DNA of 64,000 nucleotides from a virus: IMG/VR virus record IMGVR_UViG_3300050821_001689, positions 5,958 to 69,957 of that record; one strand, 5' to 3'. Shown piece by piece: positions 61,106 to 64,000 of this stretch (position 1 is its first letter; each line of letters starts with the position of its first letter). The notes under the pieces were generated by a model. It saw only the letters and a program-made list of their open reading frames with translations, ran no database searches and was not told where the DNA came from. The position numbers and the translations under genes were made by a program.

Positions 61106-61621
61106 TTATGGGAGTACTGTAGCTAATGGTAGACTCTTGGATTCCCATGCACGCGCACACTCATCACAGAGACACGTGTCGCCGTGTCCCTTTATAATCT
61201 CAGACTGTGGGAGCCTAACAATTAATTGCGCTATCGTCGCGTTAGACTCACTAGGATACATGCCTAGCATCTTCGCCGTCGCGTCGAAATACCTAAACCT
61301 CGCGGCATGGTCTGCTACTTCTCTCTCATCCGTAAACTTTCCTTCGAATGATGCTAGTTTAACTTCACTAGCTAGTAATCCATTGGCCGCGTGCTCTGCT
61401 AGAGTCGTGGGAGTTATTCCGGCACGTGCTAGAACGGATTCGACGCTATTCGCATTATCAATCCCAGTTTCATTGATTATCTTCTTTACTGTATTTACAG
61501 AAATGCCTAAACTGTCTGAAATGTTGGAATTAGTCTCTCCGGCCATGCGACGGCGGATTACTTCACCCTTGACAGCGGGGGGTTTCTGGGACCGTTTGGG
61601 GGTATTGGAAGTCTGTTCCAT
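61106..61621 (-). CDS. terminase small subunit-like protein
   Basis: N-terminal HTH, DHAARFRYFD..AKMLG; upstream of terL. Confidence 0.65.
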   Translation of the reverse strand: MEQTSNTPKRSQKPPAVKGEVIRRRMAGETNSNISDSLGISVNTVKKIINETGIDNANSVESVLARAGITPTTLAEHAANGLLASEVKLASFEGKFTDEREVADHAARFRYFDATAKMLGMYPSESNATIAQLIVRLPQSEIIKGHGDTCLCDECARAWESKSLPLATVLP

Positions 61622-61692
61622 GCGGTCAGCATACCATAGGACGCAATTAGAGGCGATTTAAGCCATTTTCCGAGTTACGGGAGAGCGTTTGT

Positions 61693-61974
61693 TATCAATA
61701 ACTTAGCGTGAGGGTGTGTGCTGGGACAAGGGAATTATGGAAGTTATTGGAAACATTGGGTGTTAGGTCCGTATTAGATTCGCTCGAATAATCGCTCTAA
61801 TAGGCTAAACTGGGGGTACTACCAGTACGAAGAATTTTCGGCGGGATGTAGAATTTACCTTCGCATCTAATCCCATTAGAATCAATAACTTAGCATAATT
61901 TAGTGTAAGGATTACATATACTTGTACTAGTACGGATGTAATTTTGTCCCTAGGGTGTCTGTAAGTCATTGATA
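61693..61974. promoter_or_regulatory. three IHF-consensus sites
   Basis: WATCAANNNNTTR at 61693-61705 (+), 61880-61892 (+), 61962-61974 (-). Confidence 0.7.
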
Positions 61975-61990
61975 ATTCCGTATGACAGTT

Positions 61991-62006
61991 TGGCACACAC
62001 ATTGCA
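61991..62006 (+). promoter_or_regulatory. sigma54 (-24/-12) promoter
   Basis: TGGCAC-ACACA-TTGCA exact consensus. Confidence 0.75.
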
Positions 62007-62340
62007 CTATATCCCAGCGTAGTTAGGGGAGCCCGGAACTAGAGGCAAACCCCAAGGGCAAACAGAAACACGTCAGCGGCCATTAGTGTTTCGGCGGCCA
62101 TGCGGCAAAGAATAGCGCGGCAATGCGCGGTCAGTACGTTGCTAGTCGTTCCACCGTCCTAGTCGAATGCATTCGCAGAGCACACGGTATCTCAGGCGGA
62201 AGGCGAGAGATTACGCTGGCAGAAAAACTGGTAGCGGTATTCCTTTGGACGCATTCTGACGGGACGTTCCGAAGGATATTTCCTCCCCGGAGGATTAGAC
62301 CCCGCGCATCACAGATAGCCCGATTGTGGTAAACCACAGT

Positions 62341-62739
62341 TTTGTGTGCGGTATGGGAGGGTTATATCTCATGCCATACAAATGCAAAATTGCTTGGATT
62401 GACGCGAACGGGAAAGCTACTCCAGACGATAACGACGCGGTAGCAATTGCTCTGTTTCATCGGCCAGTGTACGCGCAGTACACGGGAAAGATAACAGAGT
62501 ACTCCAGTCTGATTGAGGAGAGTTTTCCTATTTGTGCTGAACATCGCAAGCAAGTTACAGCGGACATGCTTTTCCCGCGTGGCGGATGGGCATTTGTTCC
62601 TATTCCAGAGAACGACGCGAACGTTTGCGGAGTTACTGGAACAGAGGAACACGCGGCGGATTGCAGGTACTTGGGTAACGACGCATGGAATTGCGGGAAG
62701 ATTGATAACGCGAGCTAACCCTCGCGTACCGCACACAAA
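62341..62739. repeat. 24-nt inverted repeat bracketing a gene
   Basis: 62341-62364 vs 62716-62739, 22/24 complementary. Confidence 0.85.
62371..62718 (+). CDS. hypothetical early protein
   Basis: GGGAGG SD, ATG 62371; Cys/His motifs. Confidence 0.65.
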   Translation: MPYKCKIAWIDANGKATPDDNDAVAIALFHRPVYAQYTGKITEYSSLIEESFPICAEHRKQVTADMLFPRGGWAFVPIPENDANVCGVTGTEEHAADCRYLGNDAWNCGKIDNAS

Positions 62740-62740
62740 G

Positions 62741-63149
62741 GTGAGCATGGAACGGAGGAAACGTTACCATGAAAAACACGCAAGGGAAAATGAGGAAGTA
62801 CATTCCGCAAGCTGGGGAGCCCAAGTACCTCACGTACAAGCCATATGAAATATGGAAGTCTTTCGATGGCTCTTGGACGTGGTACGTGCTCAAAAAGTGG
62901 CAAGTGGATGATTCCAAGCAATACGCGAGATGGTTCTGTCTCGTTACGTCGCCTATCGTGCCTGAGGGTGAGATGGGAGACGTTTACGTTTCAGAGATTA
63001 AGTCGAATGCGAGAAAGGTGTTCGATGAGAATCTGGAACAATTTGACAGAATCAAAAGCGAATCGGAGATAGTGAACAGTCGATTGACTGAACCTATTAA
63101 CGGGTGAGGAAACACGCGGGGAGGAACGTTTCCCGCGTTACATGCTCAC
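62741..63149. repeat. 25-nt inverted repeat bracketing a gene
   Basis: 62741-62765 vs 63125-63149, 22/25 complementary. Confidence 0.85.
62769..63107 (+). CDS. DUF2958-like early protein
   Basis: WTWYV...WFCLV...EMGDVYVSEI. Confidence 0.7.
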   Translation: MKNTQGKMRKYIPQAGEPKYLTYKPYEIWKSFDGSWTWYVLKKWQVDDSKQYARWFCLVTSPIVPEGEMGDVYVSEIKSNARKVFDENLEQFDRIKSESEIVNSRLTEPING

Positions 63150-63273
63150 ACTGGACAGACAGTTAAGTATTCTGTCCCTGTTCTTCACAAGTAGGACTGA
63201 CACGCGCTATATGCACACGGTCACACTGAAAACGTGAGGACATGGGAGAGGATATTTTCCTCTGGAGGAGATT

Positions 63274-63510
63274 ATGGGAGTAGGTAGCAGGGCAATCGAC
63301 AGGCATTTGATGAAAGAAGAGAATGCCAAGAATGTCAAGCCGTATGACTTGACTGGAAACATTATCGCGTTTGAGTCTGGGGAATTGGACGCCGACGCGA
63401 CGATTGAGTTATTCCAGTATTTAGTTAGTACAGGAATGGCATGGCAATTGCAGGGGAGTTACGGACGTGAGGCCATGAGGATGATTGACGCGGGTTTGAT
63501 ACATCGTTAA
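63274..63510 (+). CDS. conserved hypothetical phage early protein
   Basis: FQYLVSTGMAWQLQGSYGR motif; GGAGG SD. Confidence 0.75.
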   Translation: MGVGSRAIDRHLMKEENAKNVKPYDLTGNIIAFESGELDADATIELFQYLVSTGMAWQLQGSYGREAMRMIDAGLIHR

Positions 63511-63547
63511 TCACTGGAGGGGCTCTCTGGAGTCTCTCACGAGGTTA

Positions 63548-64000
63548 ATGCCTATGAACATAATCACGCAATACAAGCGGAATATTCTCAAGACTTGGCG
63601 ACAAGTGACGCCGGAGGATTTTACGGCTGGCGTTAACTGGTATCCCAAGGCTAGGGATATCGCTTTCGAGGTAGGCAAGGGGAACGTGAAGCTAGGCGCG
63701 GGGGTAATAGCCGCGTTTAGTCCGATGATTCGCTGGGATTTGAATATTGAGATGGCAAGGAATGCCATTAATAGCGGGTCGTTTGTGGGACACTTCTTTG
63801 CCAATAATCGGAAAGCCGAGAGAATATTTCGCGGTGAGGAGCCCTTGAGTGTGCTGGGTGGGAATAAGGTTAGAGCATTCTACCAGTGCATTGTGAGCGG
63901 TGGGAATTGCGAGATGCCTGTAATTGATAGGCATAGTATCGCAGTCGCGTTGAATCGCATGTTATCCGATGAGGACAGGAAACTGTACTCAAAAGGACGG
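63548..64000 (+). CDS. HhH-glycosylase-fold-like phage protein (partial)
   Basis: Not in track; G.NWY...AAFSP..RW..N...GNKVRAFY...VIDRH; open at window end. Confidence 0.6.
   Translation, partial: MPMNIITQYKRNILKTWRQVTPEDFTAGVNWYPKARDIAFEVGKGNVKLGAGVIAAFSPMIRWDLNIEMARNAINSGSFVGHFFANNRKAERIFRGEEPLSVLGGNKVRAFYQCIVSGGNCEMPVIDRHSIAVALNRMLSDEDRKLYSKGR

Noticed and set aside
24830-61661. Plus-strand ORFs within the late arm
   Set aside because: Antisense shadows of well-supported minus-strand genes, without SD or motifs
62123-62332. 69-aa ORF after the sigma54 promoter
   Set aside because: No SD and no recognisable motif; may be an untranslated leader
63234-63540. Third gene-bracketing inverted repeat around ORF 63274-63510
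   Set aside because: Only short interrupted complementarity, much weaker than the two reported

Overview
This window is a large part of a tailed dsDNA bacteriophage genome, probably a podovirus (portal, scaffold, capsid, adaptor, nozzle and ejection-protein genes; no tape measure or sheath). The host cannot be determined from the sequence. Left arm (+ strand, about 1.3-24 kb): small early/middle ORFs, a recombination module, AAA ATPase, UDG-like protein, MazG-like protein, a divergent family A DNA polymerase, an array of 35 tRNA/tRNA-like genes covering all 20 amino acids, and nucleotide-metabolism genes. An MCM-like helicase runs off the left edge on the - strand. Right arm (- strand, 24-61.6 kb): lysis, virion and packaging genes. 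A sigma54/IHF-type promoter and early genes follow on the + strand. Most notable observations: (1) three circularly permuted tRNA-like RNA domains, one embedded in a larger structured RNA right behind a coiled-coil protein gene; (2) an Ig-domain protein whose last beta-strand has moved to its N-terminus, followed by an ice-binding-family protein starting with a similar strand (possible donor-strand-exchange fibre); (3) six virion-module proteins with Sec signal peptides; (4) early genes each bracketed by 24-25 nt inverted repeats covering their ribosome-binding site; (5) a circularly permuted Cas4/AddB-like nuclease; (6) several structurally deviant tRNAs. All calls come from reading motifs by eye; no searches or folding programs were run.
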